Positions 9,502 to 18,962 of a stretch of 64,000 nt of DNA are shown piece by piece. A program made the translations under genes and the position numbers. This DNA comes from Deltaproteobacteria bacterium (GTDB lineage: Bacteria; Myxococcota_A; UBA9160; SMWR01). The stretch lies in assembly GCA_032128375.1 (NCBI GenBank), contig JAQBGU010000034.1, positions 17,855 to 81,854 on the forward strand, written 5' to 3'. Under the pieces are notes generated by a model. It saw only the letters and a list, made by a program, of their open reading frames with translations, was not told the DNA's origin and searched no databases. The first letter of the stretch is position 1. Every line of letters starts with the position of its first letter.

Positions 9502-10922
9502 TCTCGGCCCGGCACGGAGATGCCCAGCTCGAGGATCTTCTTGCGAAGTGTATTGCGATTGATGCCGAGCATCGCCGCTGCTCGAATCTGGTTTCCCTCG
9601 GTGTGTTCCAGCACGGCCTGGATTAGCGGTCGCTCGACTCGCTCCAGGATCGTGTGATAGATCTCGCCCGTCGCGTTCGCCGCCAGCGCGGCCCGTACGT
9701 CGCGTTCGATGAGCTTCGGAAGCTCGTCGTCCGTTTCGACTCTGCCGCGGGAATCGAGAAATACAAAGTCGTCGGCCACAAGTAACTCGCCGGTCGAAAG
9801 CACCAGCGCGCGCTTGATCGCGTTCTCCAGCTCCCGCACGTTGCCCGGCCAGCTATAGCCGGTCAGGAATTCGCTGGCGCTCTCGGAGAGAAACCGCGTA
9901 GCGTCTGCCAGCTCGTCGCAATATCGCGACAAGAAGTGCTCGGCCAGAACCACCACGTCCTCGGGATGTTCGCGCAGCGGGGGAATGTGCAACGGCATCA
10001 CGCGCAGCCGATACAGCAGATCTTCTCGAAACGTCCCCTGTTCGACCGCACCGTCGAGATCGCGGTGGGTGGCAGCGAGAATGCGGATATCGACAGACTG
10101 GGCGCGCGTCGAGCCGACAGGAGTCACCTCTCGGTTCTGCAGCACGCGCAGCAGTTTGGCCTGCAGGTCCGGCGACATGTCGCCGATTTCGTCCAGGAAA
10201 AGCGTCCCGCCCGATGCCTCCTGAAAGCGACCGACGCGCGACGCGACTGCACCCGTAAACGAGCCGCGCTCGTGACCGAAGAGTTCGCTTTCGAGCAGGT
10301 CGCGCGGAATCGCGGCGGTGTTGACTGCAACGAACGCCCCCGTAGACCGGGAGCTGGCAGCGTGGATCGCCTGTGCGACCAGATCCTTTCCGACGCCGCT
10401 CTCGCCGGTGATCAAAACCGAAACGTCGCGTCCGGAGACGCGTCCGATGGTCTTGAATACCTCGAGCATTTGGGGGCTCTTGCCAACGATACGCTCGCCC
10501 GGGATGGTCTGCTTGCCCATGCGCCGACGCAGTTCACGCACCTCTTGTTCGAGGGCTCGCGTTCGAATCGCCTTTTGAGTGAGCGCCTTGACTTCGGCCA
10601 TCCCAAACGGTTTGGTGAGATAGTCGAGGGCTCCTCGCTTCATCGCATCGACGGCATTCTCGAAGGTGTTCTGGGCGGTCATGATCACGATCGCGGTCGA
10701 CGCGCCGCTGGCCCGCACCTGGTCGAGCAGTTCGAGACCCGACGGACCTGGCATCCGAATATCGAGAAACGCGATGTGAAACTTGCCAGAGGTGAGAAGC
10801 TCTAGCGCCGCATCGCCGTTGTCGGCTTCGACAACGCTGCAGCCTTCTTCTTCGAGGATTTCGCGCAATACGAACCGAATCGAATCTTCATCATCTGCGA
10901 TGAGTACGTGTGCAGACGTCAT
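9498..10922 (-). CDS. ntrC: Sigma-54-dependent response regulator, NtrC type (REC-AAA+-Fis HTH)
   Basis: VLIADD, LDIRMP, GESGVGKD, ESELFGHERGSFTGA, LFLDEIGDM, WPGNVRELEN, GNQIRAAAMLGINRNTLRKK. ATGA overlap with the kinase gene. Confidence 0.88.
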   Translation of the reverse strand: MTSAHVLIADDEDSIRFVLREILEEEGCSVVEADNGDAALELLTSGKFHIAFLDIRMPGPSGLELLDQVRASGASTAIVIMTAQNTFENAVDAMKRGALDYLTKPFGMAEVKALTQKAIRTRALEQEVRELRRRMGKQTIPGERIVGKSPQMLEVFKTIGRVSGRDVSVLITGESGVGKDLVAQAIHAASSRSTGAFVAVNTAAIPRDLLESELFGHERGSFTGAVASRVGRFQEASGGTLFLDEIGDMSPDLQAKLLRVLQNREVTPVGSTRAQSVDIRILAATHRDLDGAVEQGTFREDLLYRLRVMPLHIPPLREHPEDVVVLAEHFLSRYCDELADATRFLSESASEFLTGYSWPGNVRELENAIKRALVLSTGELLVADDFVFLDSRGRVETDDELPKLIERDVRAALAANATGEIYHTILERVERPLIQAVLEHTEGNQIRAAAMLGINRNTLRKKILELGISVPGRE

Positions 10923-11989
10923 GTCGAGATCGGCAGCGCGACGAAGACGGTTGTGCCGAGTCCGGGCGTGCTTTCGATGCGCAGCGTGCCTTCGTGGCGA
11001 GCGACCCAATGCCGGGACACCGCGAGTCCCAGGCCAGTACCGCCGATCCGCGTGGTGAAAAACGGGGTAGCCAACTTTTCGAGCGTCGAGGCGCCGATTC
11101 CTGGGCCGTTGTCGGTGAGTTTGACCAACAATGTGGGAAGGTGGCGACCGTCTTTCGAAGACAACCGATGATCGAGAGTCATCCGCGTCGAGATCACCAA
11201 CGCTCCCTTGTCGCCATCCATTGCCTGCAGTGCATTGCGCGTCAGATTGAGGAACACCTGCACGAGGCGATCGAAGTCTCCGGCAAACTCGGGAATCGAG
11301 GGGTCGAATTCGCGACTGACCGCGACCTGGCGACCGATCGGGTCGAGAAGGGCGAGGGCCAGTACATCGTCGAGCACGCGGTGAATGTTCACGGGTGCCA
11401 GACGCAGTTCGTCTCCTTTGGTGAAGACCATGAAGTCATCGACGAGCAGCGCGATCCGGTCGACTTCGCGCACGATCAGGTCTGCGGCGCGCTTGGACTT
11501 GTCATCCGAGGCTCTGGACAACAGGATCTCCGCGGCTCCGCGAATCCCGCCCAGTGGGTTTTTGACTTCGTGCGCAATCCCGGCAGCGATCCGCCCGAAT
11601 GACGAAAGGGCTTCGCGCTGATTGACGATTTCTCGCTGGTTGTTCTGGATGGTGCAATCGCGAAGCATCAGCACGACACCGTTTACACTGAGGCCTTCCA
11701 TCAGCGGCGCCGCTTCGACATCGACGATGAGGTCGGGTTCCAGTTTCCGCTCGATCGGCTGCTCGCGCTGGATGGCCGGGCGACCGCTCGCCAATACGAT
11801 ACGTGACAGCTTCGAGATCGAGTGCTCGCTGCCGATCACGTCTTCCATCGGGAGCCCGACCGCTGCTTGGAGCGAGGTTTCTAGAATTCGGCAGGCCTCC
11901 GGATTCAAGAATTCGATTTCGCCGTTGACGTCGAGCAACACGACAGCATCGAGCACAGCATCGAGCAGGCTCTCGATGTTGTGCAGCAC
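10919..11989 (-). CDS. ntrB: PAS sensor histidine kinase, NtrB type
   Basis: N-terminal PAS, AHEVKNPLGGIRGAAEIL H-box, FDPSIP, QVFLNL, DNGPGI, GTGLGLA. Confidence 0.88.
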   Translation of the reverse strand: MLHNIESLLDAVLDAVVLLDVNGEIEFLNPEACRILETSLQAAVGLPMEDVIGSEHSISKLSRIVLASGRPAIQREQPIERKLEPDLIVDVEAAPLMEGLSVNGVVLMLRDCTIQNNQREIVNQREALSSFGRIAAGIAHEVKNPLGGIRGAAEILLSRASDDKSKRAADLIVREVDRIALLVDDFMVFTKGDELRLAPVNIHRVLDDVLALALLDPIGRQVAVSREFDPSIPEFAGDFDRLVQVFLNLTRNALQAMDGDKGALVISTRMTLDHRLSSKDGRHLPTLLVKLTDNGPGIGASTLEKLATPFFTTRIGGTGLGLAVSRHWVARHEGTLRIESTPGLGTTVFVALPIST

Positions 11990-11990
11990 C

Positions 11991-13061
11991 TCAGGCGGCC
12001 CGCCCCTCGCTGGGGTGTCCCGCTTCGTCGGGGGACACTTCTTCGCAGGTCACTTCCTCATAGGATGAGAAGAAGCTTCGGGCGAGTGCGAGAATTTCGT
12101 CGACGTCGTTTGATTCGAGCGTGCGTTGTCGAAACAGCGCGCTGCCGTGCAGGCCTTTGGAGTAGGAGAAAAGGTATTTCTTGAGGTTGGTCGCAAGGGG
12201 GCGCGGATCGTCGAACGCCTTCACGATCCAGCCGACGTGGCGTTCGATGGTCGCGAATCGATCTTCACGGCTGGGGCGAGCAGGAGAGCTGCCCTGTGCC
12301 AAAGCCAGGGTTTGCTCGAAGATCCACGGGTTTCCCATCGCTCCCCGGCCGATCATCACACCTGCTGCGCCGGTGTCGCGCAACATGTCGAAAACGTCGA
12401 CCGGTCCCAGAATGTCACCGTTGGCGAGGACGGGAACTTCGGGTACGGCTTCCACAACCCGACGGATGACGTCGCGGTCGGCCCGGCCCGTGTACTGCTG
12501 AACGCGGGTGCGACCGTGAACAGAGAGGAGTTCAGCCCCCTCGGCAGCCGCGATCTTTGCGAACTGGGGTGCGGTGATGTTCTCTGCGTCCCATCCGGTC
12601 CGCATCTTGACCGACAACGTGCCGCGAAAGCCGCGGCGCATCTCGCGTACGATTGCGGCGGCGCGGGGCAAATCGCGCAACAGCGACGATCCCGCCCGAT
12701 TCTTGATGAACTTCTTGACCGGGCAGCCGACATTGAGATCGACCCAGGCGGCTCCTTCGCCATCGAGGTACCGGCACGCCTCGCCGAGAATCTCCGGATC
12801 CGAACCGAACAATTGGAAAGCGACCGGTGCTTCGCGTGGGCTGGTTTCGAGTAGCTTTCGGGTCTTGTGGCCACCCATCACGAGGCCCTTCGCGCTGACG
12901 GTCTCGGTGAACGTCAAAGCAGCCCCCGCTTCTTTCGAGATCAGCCGAAACGGCAAAGTCGACACACCGGCCATCGGCGCGAGCACGAGATTGTTTTCGA
13001 GGGTCAGCTCTCGCAGCTCGATGCGGCGGATCAAGCTGGGATCGATCTGGGCCTCAGTCAC
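11991..13061 (-). CDS. dusB: tRNA-dihydrouridine synthase DusB (NifR3 family)
   Basis: LAPMAGVS, FQLFGSDP, DLNVGCP, AGSSLL, SVKMRTGW, VHGRTR, ANGDI, VMIGRGAMGNPWIF. GTG start at 13061 inferred. Confidence 0.92.
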   Translation of the reverse strand: MTEAQIDPSLIRRIELRELTLENNLVLAPMAGVSTLPFRLISKEAGAALTFTETVSAKGLVMGGHKTRKLLETSPREAPVAFQLFGSDPEILGEACRYLDGEGAAWVDLNVGCPVKKFIKNRAGSSLLRDLPRAAAIVREMRRGFRGTLSVKMRTGWDAENITAPQFAKIAAAEGAELLSVHGRTRVQQYTGRADRDVIRRVVEAVPEVPVLANGDILGPVDVFDMLRDTGAAGVMIGRGAMGNPWIFEQTLALAQGSSPARPSREDRFATIERHVGWIVKAFDDPRPLATNLKKYLFSYSKGLHGSALFRQRTLESNDVDEILALARSFFSSYEEVTCEEVSPDEAGHPSEGRAA

Positions 13062-13204
13062 GAGAAACTCCCGGGGAAGGTTGGAGACGCGGGTTCGATT
13101 TTCGATTTCGACCGATTTTCGACAAGCCCGAAGGCGGTGCAACGCTAACAAGACGAATCGAAGCGGGAGCCCGCCGCGCGTTCCGATTCGCGGTGGCTCC
13201 GAGC

Positions 13205-13221
13205 TGCCTAATAATTGTGCA
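13205..13221. promoter_or_regulatory. Putative NtrC-binding site
   Basis: TGCCTAATAATTGTGCA: 17-bp TGC-N11-GCA with an AT-rich core, resembling NtrC sites. Lies upstream of the dusB-ntrBC operon and divergent moeA. Confidence 0.55.
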
Positions 13222-13388
13222 GATTAGCGAGAGAAGCAGAGGGAGTCGAGCCGGAGTGGGTATCCCGACCCCTCCCCCGCGGGCAGAAAATCGAATGCCA
13301 CGAAGCAATCCCACCGAATCGACAATGAACACCCAGAACGCCCAGAAAGGGTGGAGAGTTCGCCAGTGCGGGCAGTAACCTCGCGGCA

Positions 13389-14645
13389 GTGAAGACCGGA
13401 CTGACACCCGCTGCAGCGCTCGAGATCGTCCTTGGCGAGGCGACACCGCTGGGCTCGGAGACCGTAGCCGCGGAGCGTGCTCTGGGCCGCGTGCTGACCG
13501 ATGCGGTGACCTCGGGTCGGCAACTTCCACCCTCTGACAATTCGGCGATGGACGGCTACGCGGTTCGGATCGGCGACCTCGCGGCTGCGTCGCGCCAGCA
13601 TCCGGTCGTTCTCGAGGTGGCGTTCGAGGTCGCGGCTGGCGCGTTGCCCGAATCATCCGTGGGGTCGGGTATGGCTGCGCGGATCTTCACGGGTGCAGCG
13701 ATTCCCGAGGGCGCTGATGCGGTCGTCCGCCAGGAGGACACCGAGCGCAACGACGACCGGGTTTCGATCTTCGTGTCACCGTCCGCCAGAGAGCATATCC
13801 GCGACGCCGGAGAGGACGTTCGCATTGGCGATCGGGTGCTCGATGCTGGCGCAGTCATCGGTCCTGCTGAGATCGGGATGCTGGCGGCGCTCGGGCGCAG
13901 CGTTGTCGCGGTTCATCAAAGGCCGGTTGTTGCGATTCTCTCAGGCGGCGATGAACTCGTCGAGCCCGATGGCGACATTGCCGGTGGGCGGATTGTCTCG
14001 TCGAATTCGTATTCGATAGCCGCTCAGTGTCGCGACGCGGGTGCCGAGCCCGTCTATCTCGGGATTGCTCGCGACACTCCGGATGATATCCAACGCCGGA
14101 TGCTTGCCGGCCTGCGATCCGACGTCCTGATCAGCTCCGCTGGTGTGTCGGTCGGCGATCGAGATTACGTGCGCGGGGTGCTGGAGAAGCTCGGCTGCAC
14201 ACTGCGTTTCTGGGGCGTCAAGATGAAGCCCGGATTCCCGTTGGCGTTCGGCCGGTTCGATGCTGCGGGGGGGCCGCTCCTGTTCGGACTGCCCGGAAAC
14301 CCCGTGTCGGCCATGGTGACGTTCGAACAATTCGTGCGGCCCGCACTTCGCAAGATGACGGGACATCGCAGGTTGTTTCGGCCGACGGTCCGCGCGCGAC
14401 TGGTCGAGCGGCTCGAGAAAATGCCCGGTCGGCTGCACTTCGTTCGAGTGGACCTCGAAAGTGACGGCAACGAGTACACCGCGCGCAGCACCGGCAACCA
14501 GAGTTCGGGCGTACTGCGATCGATGAGCCGCGCGCGAGGCTTGCTGGTGTTTCCCGCCGACGCCGCTGAGTTGCAAGAAGGAGACTATGCAACGGTCCAA
14601 GTACTCGACGCAGACTTCTTCGAAACGGCCGCTCCCGCTTTCTAG
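13389..14645 (+). CDS. moeA: Molybdopterin molybdotransferase
   Basis: PPSDNSAMDGYA, RIFTGAAIPEGADAVVRQED, SGGDEL, SAGVSVGDRDYV, MKPG, GLPGNPVSAMVTF, GNQSSG. Confidence 0.95.
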   Translation: MKTGLTPAAALEIVLGEATPLGSETVAAERALGRVLTDAVTSGRQLPPSDNSAMDGYAVRIGDLAAASRQHPVVLEVAFEVAAGALPESSVGSGMAARIFTGAAIPEGADAVVRQEDTERNDDRVSIFVSPSAREHIRDAGEDVRIGDRVLDAGAVIGPAEIGMLAALGRSVVAVHQRPVVAILSGGDELVEPDGDIAGGRIVSSNSYSIAAQCRDAGAEPVYLGIARDTPDDIQRRMLAGLRSDVLISSAGVSVGDRDYVRGVLEKLGCTLRFWGVKMKPGFPLAFGRFDAAGGPLLFGLPGNPVSAMVTFEQFVRPALRKMTGHRRLFRPTVRARLVERLEKMPGRLHFVRVDLESDGNEYTARSTGNQSSGVLRSMSRARGLLVFPADAAELQEGDYATVQVLDADFFETAAPAF

Positions 14646-14735
14646 CCGGGTACGGAACGACTTCGAAGGTCCGTGATCGGCTACGGGAACAGCTTTGCGC
14701 AGCGTGTTCGACCTGCAGCGGTCGGTAGCGGATGG

Positions 14736-16076
14736 TCAGGAGCGTCGACGCGTCGCACGATCGAGCCGCGCGAGGGCGCGCCCGATCAAATCCGGGTTTG
14801 GCGCATCGGTGCCGGGGTCGAAACGCGACCGCTCCAGAGTCTCGAGCAGCTCGGCAGCTTCGCTCACCTGATCCGATTGAACATCCGATTGAACATCCGA
14901 CCCCAATGCATGGCCCGCTCCGGGGCTGGCTCGAGAGCCGAGCGTTTCACCGGAGTGCTTACCCGCCTTGTGGTCATAGTGAGAGGCCAGTGCCGCCCGG
15001 AGCGCCCGCACCAGTTCTCTGGCGTCGCGATCGGGGTCACCCGTCACCATGGGAGGCGCGCGTGAGTTGTGCCGGGGCGTGCGTCGCCATCGCCACAACG
15101 CGATTCCCGCCGCGACTGCGAAGCTGAGTGCCAGCATCGGAATCAGTCGGGACGCAGAGTTTTCGATTGGCCCATTCGCGACACGACGAGAAAATTGGGG
15201 CTCAGGCGCCGAATCGGCTGACGTCTGTCTCGGTGACACATCGACCTCGAAACTCGGAGAACGAGCGACGAGATAGCGTGCTTCCATCGGGTCGAAATAA
15301 CTCAGCCGGACAGGGGGAATTGCGAAAGGTCCGGTGCCTCGGGGGACTACGTCGTACCGGAAAATTTTCTGGACACTGAGCCGGCTGCCGGGTCGGAGTT
15401 CGAGCTGCGGCTTTCGCGCGAAGACGTCGGCTTCAATCGGAGTCCATCGCGCCAGTCGATCACCGACATCCCACAGATTCCCCATGCCCCGGATCGACAC
15501 CGTGATATGTAGGGTCCCGCCCGATTCGAGTCGATCCGGATCCACGTGCGTCTGCAGTACGAGTGGCCCGACCACACCCGCGAAGTCTTCTGGCCGATCC
15601 AATTCTGGAATGGGTAGAACGTTCAATGTGACTGACGGAACCGGAGTTTCGAAGATCAGGCCGTTGTCGAGTTTGCACAGGAGGCCCGCAGTCGCAATGG
15701 GCAGCCCGCCAGCCCGTTCGGCAAACAGCGCTCGTTGCTCCTCTCTGGTGGAGTATCGGGACCATGCGTCGTTTTCCGCTTCGGGCGGCACTCCTCGTGG
15801 CACTCCTCTCGGTACTCCTCTCGGTACTCCTCTCGGTACTACAGGCAAGCCTGGCAGCCGCTCGGTGCGCATGTTCGCGAATGCGGGTGTGTCGACCCAC
15901 GAGATTTCTGCGACGTCGTCACGGCTATCGATTTGTACTTTCCACACCACTTGCTGGCCGACTACCGCCGACGTGGGCTCGAGCTGGGCACGGGCGACAC
16001 AGGGTGGAGTCGAAGCCGCTGCGGAAGCGCAATTGAGAAACACTGCAAACGCCGCCCAAGCGCTGCGCTGACTCAC
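14736..16076 (-). CDS. batD: BatD-family protein
   Basis: Signal peptide, FAGVVG, ITVSIRGMGNL, IPPVRLSYFDP and a C-terminal TM segment. Last gene of the MoxR/VWA operon. Confidence 0.75.
   Translation of the reverse strand: MSQRSAWAAFAVFLNCASAAASTPPCVARAQLEPTSAVVGQQVVWKVQIDSRDDVAEISWVDTPAFANMRTERLPGLPVVPRGVPRGVPRGVPRGVPPEAENDAWSRYSTREEQRALFAERAGGLPIATAGLLCKLDNGLIFETPVPSVTLNVLPIPELDRPEDFAGVVGPLVLQTHVDPDRLESGGTLHITVSIRGMGNLWDVGDRLARWTPIEADVFARKPQLELRPGSRLSVQKIFRYDVVPRGTGPFAIPPVRLSYFDPMEARYLVARSPSFEVDVSPRQTSADSAPEPQFSRRVANGPIENSASRLIPMLALSFAVAAGIALWRWRRTPRHNSRAPPMVTGDPDRDARELVRALRAALASHYDHKAGKHSGETLGSRASPGAGHALGSDVQSDVQSDQVSEAAELLETLERSRFDPGTDAPNPDLIGRALARLDRATRRRS
14871..14900. repeat. 12-bp tandem repeat (SDVQ)
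   Basis: atccgattgaac x2.5. Confidence 0.85.
15787..15840. repeat. 12-bp tandem repeat (GVPR)
   Basis: ggcactcctcgt/ggcactcctctc/ggtactcctctc/ggtactcctctc/ggtact. Confidence 0.9.
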
Positions 16077-17800
16077 CAGACGGCGCCCGCAGGTTTGTCG
16101 TAGGGGTCTGTGTCGGAGCGCGCTGCAGCCCGAATCGAACGCTCGAGGTCATCAGTGACGCGCGCCAGCGACCGCAGCAGCAGCTGCTCGCTCAATTCCG
16201 GGGGTAGCGGGTCTCTTGTGTTTGGTTCGGAGTTCTGTTCCGCGCCAGGCCGTGGCTCGGGCTCGCTTTGCGAAGCTGCCGCGGGTTCGTTGCGATCGGT
16301 CTCGTCTGGATCGTTCGGCTTTGGTTTCGAGTCGGAATCCGGCCCGGGCTTCTCGTCGGGTCGCGTGTCCTCGGGTGGAAATTGGATCAGCGCAGCCAAT
16401 GTCCACTCCAGATTGAAGCGCGCTTGGTCGTCGGAAGGATTGAACGCCAGCGCGTCGAAGAAAGCATCTCGCGCAGCTTCGAGGTCGCCGGTTTCGAGAC
16501 GAGCGACACCCAACCCATAGTGGCTATCAGCAGCGATCCGAGCATCGGTCGCGTATAGCGCCGCTGCGGAAAACGCGTTCGCGGCGGCTGCGGGGTCCCC
16601 GTGGGCGAACCGGGAATGCCCCAGTGCGATCAGCGCGCGGGCGTTGTGCGGTTCCCGACGAACCCACGGCTCGACTGCCGATGGCGGGGGGATTTGCGTC
16701 GTGCTGTCGGTGGTGGCGTCGGAGATGGTGTCGGCGAGGGGCGATTCGAACTTTCCGGGTGCTGCACCGATGAGAATGACGACCAGCGCCAGCCCGGCAG
16801 CGCTGCCCGCGCGGTGTCCGAAGGCAAATCGGACCCGCGGCATGCCCTCGGCGAGCAGCAAGAAAAACGCGAGCGCGGCAAATGGGGCCACACGGATAGC
16901 CTGGACGCTGCGGACGATCCGCGCGCCGCCAACCCGACCCGCATCGCGACGGACTTCTGCCGCGACTGCGTCGAAATCGAACATACCCCAGGGGTCGGCT
17001 AGAAAAACCGCACCCGAGGTCGCATTGGCCAGACGCGCGAGCCGGTCGCTGTGGCGTCGCGTGACAATGACACGGCCAAAACGATCGCGCAGCCGCACAT
17101 CGGAAGCGGGGATCGCCGAACCGAGTTCGGTGCCGAGGGCGATCGCAATGACCCGCGATTGCGCGCCGAGTGCTTCGACAATTCCCAGCTGGTTCGCGTT
17201 GTTCGGATCCTCGCCGTCGCTGGCGACTACGATCACGCGCGGTCGGTCGCTGCCGGCTTCGAATGCTTCCACCGCCGCCTGAATTCCCGCTGCTAGATTA
17301 GAGCTGGACGGGCGAATCAAGTCCGTATCGAGTGCCGCGATCCACTCGACCAGCGCGAAACGGTCTGGCGTCAACGGGGCCAATAGGACGCCGTGTCCCG
17401 CGAATGCGGCGAGTGCGACGCGGTCGGTCGGCTCTAGCCGCCCCAGTAGCTCCCCGACTCCACGGCGGGCCCGGTCGAGGCGGTTCGGCGGTGTGTCCTG
17501 TGCGTCCATGCTTCGAGATACATCGATGACCAGCACCAGATCGACGCCGTTTGCGCTGGCTTCGATCAAACGCTCGCCGATACGCGGTCCCATGAGAGCG
17601 ATTCCGATCGCGACGAGTGCGATCCAAAGCGCCCAATCGCTGGTCCACTTTCGCGGGGTCGGGCCTCTTTGTGTTCCCATCAGCAACCGGCGTCGGCGCC
17701 GGGCGCGCCAAGCCGCGAACGCCAGACAGAGTCCGACCGTGCACAGCGTCCAGATCGCGGCACCGAACCATTCCGGGTGTGCGAGCTGTGCGACCGTCAA
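16073..17800 (-). CDS. VWA + TPR protein (BatB/BatC fusion-like)
   Basis: MIDAS DVSRSM, PNRLDRAR, AFAG, PLTPD, SDGED. C-terminal TPR (HYGLG, ARFNLE) and a Pro/acidic tail. Confidence 0.85.
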   Translation of the reverse strand: MTVAQLAHPEWFGAAIWTLCTVGLCLAFAAWRARRRRRLLMGTQRGPTPRKWTSDWALWIALVAIGIALMGPRIGERLIEASANGVDLVLVIDVSRSMDAQDTPPNRLDRARRGVGELLGRLEPTDRVALAAFAGHGVLLAPLTPDRFALVEWIAALDTDLIRPSSSNLAAGIQAAVEAFEAGSDRPRVIVVASDGEDPNNANQLGIVEALGAQSRVIAIALGTELGSAIPASDVRLRDRFGRVIVTRRHSDRLARLANATSGAVFLADPWGMFDFDAVAAEVRRDAGRVGGARIVRSVQAIRVAPFAALAFFLLLAEGMPRVRFAFGHRAGSAAGLALVVILIGAAPGKFESPLADTISDATTDSTTQIPPPSAVEPWVRREPHNARALIALGHSRFAHGDPAAAANAFSAAALYATDARIAADSHYGLGVARLETGDLEAARDAFFDALAFNPSDDQARFNLEWTLAALIQFPPEDTRPDEKPGPDSDSKPKPNDPDETDRNEPAAASQSEPEPRPGAEQNSEPNTRDPLPPELSEQLLLRSLARVTDDLERSIRAAARSDTDPYDKPAGAVW

Positions 17801-17855
17801 TGGGCGGTCGCGTTCTTGAATGCGCGAGCCGTCCGCGAAATTTTCGCGTTCCCGG

Positions 17856-18962
17856 TCAAGAGATTCGCCGGCGGAACACGCGCGCAGCCGCGATTTCTGC
17901 GATCAACAAGCTCCCGGCCAGCGCCAACAGCGGCTCGGGGCGGTCAGATTGGTGGATGCGCGGTGGAAGCGGCCTCGCGATGCGCTCGAGAGCATCGATT
18001 TCTCGGTAGACCGCGTCGAGATCCTTCGATGTGCGAGCCGCAAAATACCGGCCGCCGGTGGCCTCGGCGATGAGACGCAGCGCATCGGTGTCGACGTCGA
18101 CTCGTTCGAATTGGGTGCCGCCATGGGGAAGTCCATCGGCTGGCGCCATGGCAACCTCGGCTCCGACCGATCCGATCCCTACCGTGTGGATTCGGATCCC
18201 CTGAGAAGCGGCCACCGCGGTTGCCAACTCGACCGAAAGCGCCCCCGCGTTGTTCCTGCCGTCGGTCAGCAGTACTACGAGCCGCCCGGCGATTCTCTCT
18301 ATCGAGCGGTCGGCAGCGGCTGACGCCAAGCCAGCAGCCGTGGTGTCGCTCGCGAAGGTCGATGCGCCCAGCGCGCGTTTGACTGCCAGCGCCAGCGCGT
18401 CACCGATCGCGGTCGCCTCACCCGCGACACCGGCTTCCACACGGCCGAGGGCTTCGGACAGCAAGCGTCCATCGCTGGTCAGCGGACATTGGGTGAAAGC
18501 AGATTCGCCAAACACGACCAGTGCGACGCGGTCGCCGTCAGAAGCTCGGTGTTCGGCGAAACGCGCAACCACCTCGCGCGCCAGCGCAATGCGGGTTCGA
18601 TTCTCGCCACGTTGCTCCGCGTCGAGCGCACGCATGCTTCCCGACGCGTCGAGTGCCAGCACGAGGTCGAGTCCGTAGCCGGGTTCTGGCGGAAGCTGGT
18701 GCAGCCCGACCGGACCCGCGAGCACGCCCAGAAGAGCCAGTACGCACGCAGCGCGCAACAACGCGGACATGTGTGCGACGAAATCGAAGCGACGTCCACC
18801 GGCGATTCGAATTTGTGCGATCGCCGACCAACCGAGCGACGCAGGCCGCGTTTTTGTTGCGACGACCCAGGCTGCGGCCGCCGGAAGCGCCAACAGCAAC
18901 CACAATGGCTGCTCGAATCGGTCGATGCCGACGGCCGCCAGGACGGAGAGGGCTTGCGTCAC
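17856..18962 (-). CDS. batA: VWA-domain membrane protein (BatA-like)
   Basis: FEQPLWLLL, DASGSM, TQCPLTSD, TAIGDAL, LLTDGRNNAG, IHTVGIG, TGGRYF, YREIDALE. GTGA overlap with the upstream gene. Confidence 0.88.
   Translation of the reverse strand: MTQALSVLAAVGIDRFEQPLWLLLALPAAAAWVVATKTRPASLGWSAIAQIRIAGGRRFDFVAHMSALLRAACVLALLGVLAGPVGLHQLPPEPGYGLDLVLALDASGSMRALDAEQRGENRTRIALAREVVARFAEHRASDGDRVALVVFGESAFTQCPLTSDGRLLSEALGRVEAGVAGEATAIGDALALAVKRALGASTFASDTTAAGLASAAADRSIERIAGRLVVLLTDGRNNAGALSVELATAVAASQGIRIHTVGIGSVGAEVAMAPADGLPHGGTQFERVDVDTDALRLIAEATGGRYFAARTSKDLDAVYREIDALERIARPLPPRIHQSDRPEPLLALAGSLLIAEIAAARVFRRRIS

Noticed and set aside
9498..9520. TPP riboswitch for thiE
   Set aside because: thiE overlaps the ntrC stop, so there is no leader, and no CUGAGA motif is present.
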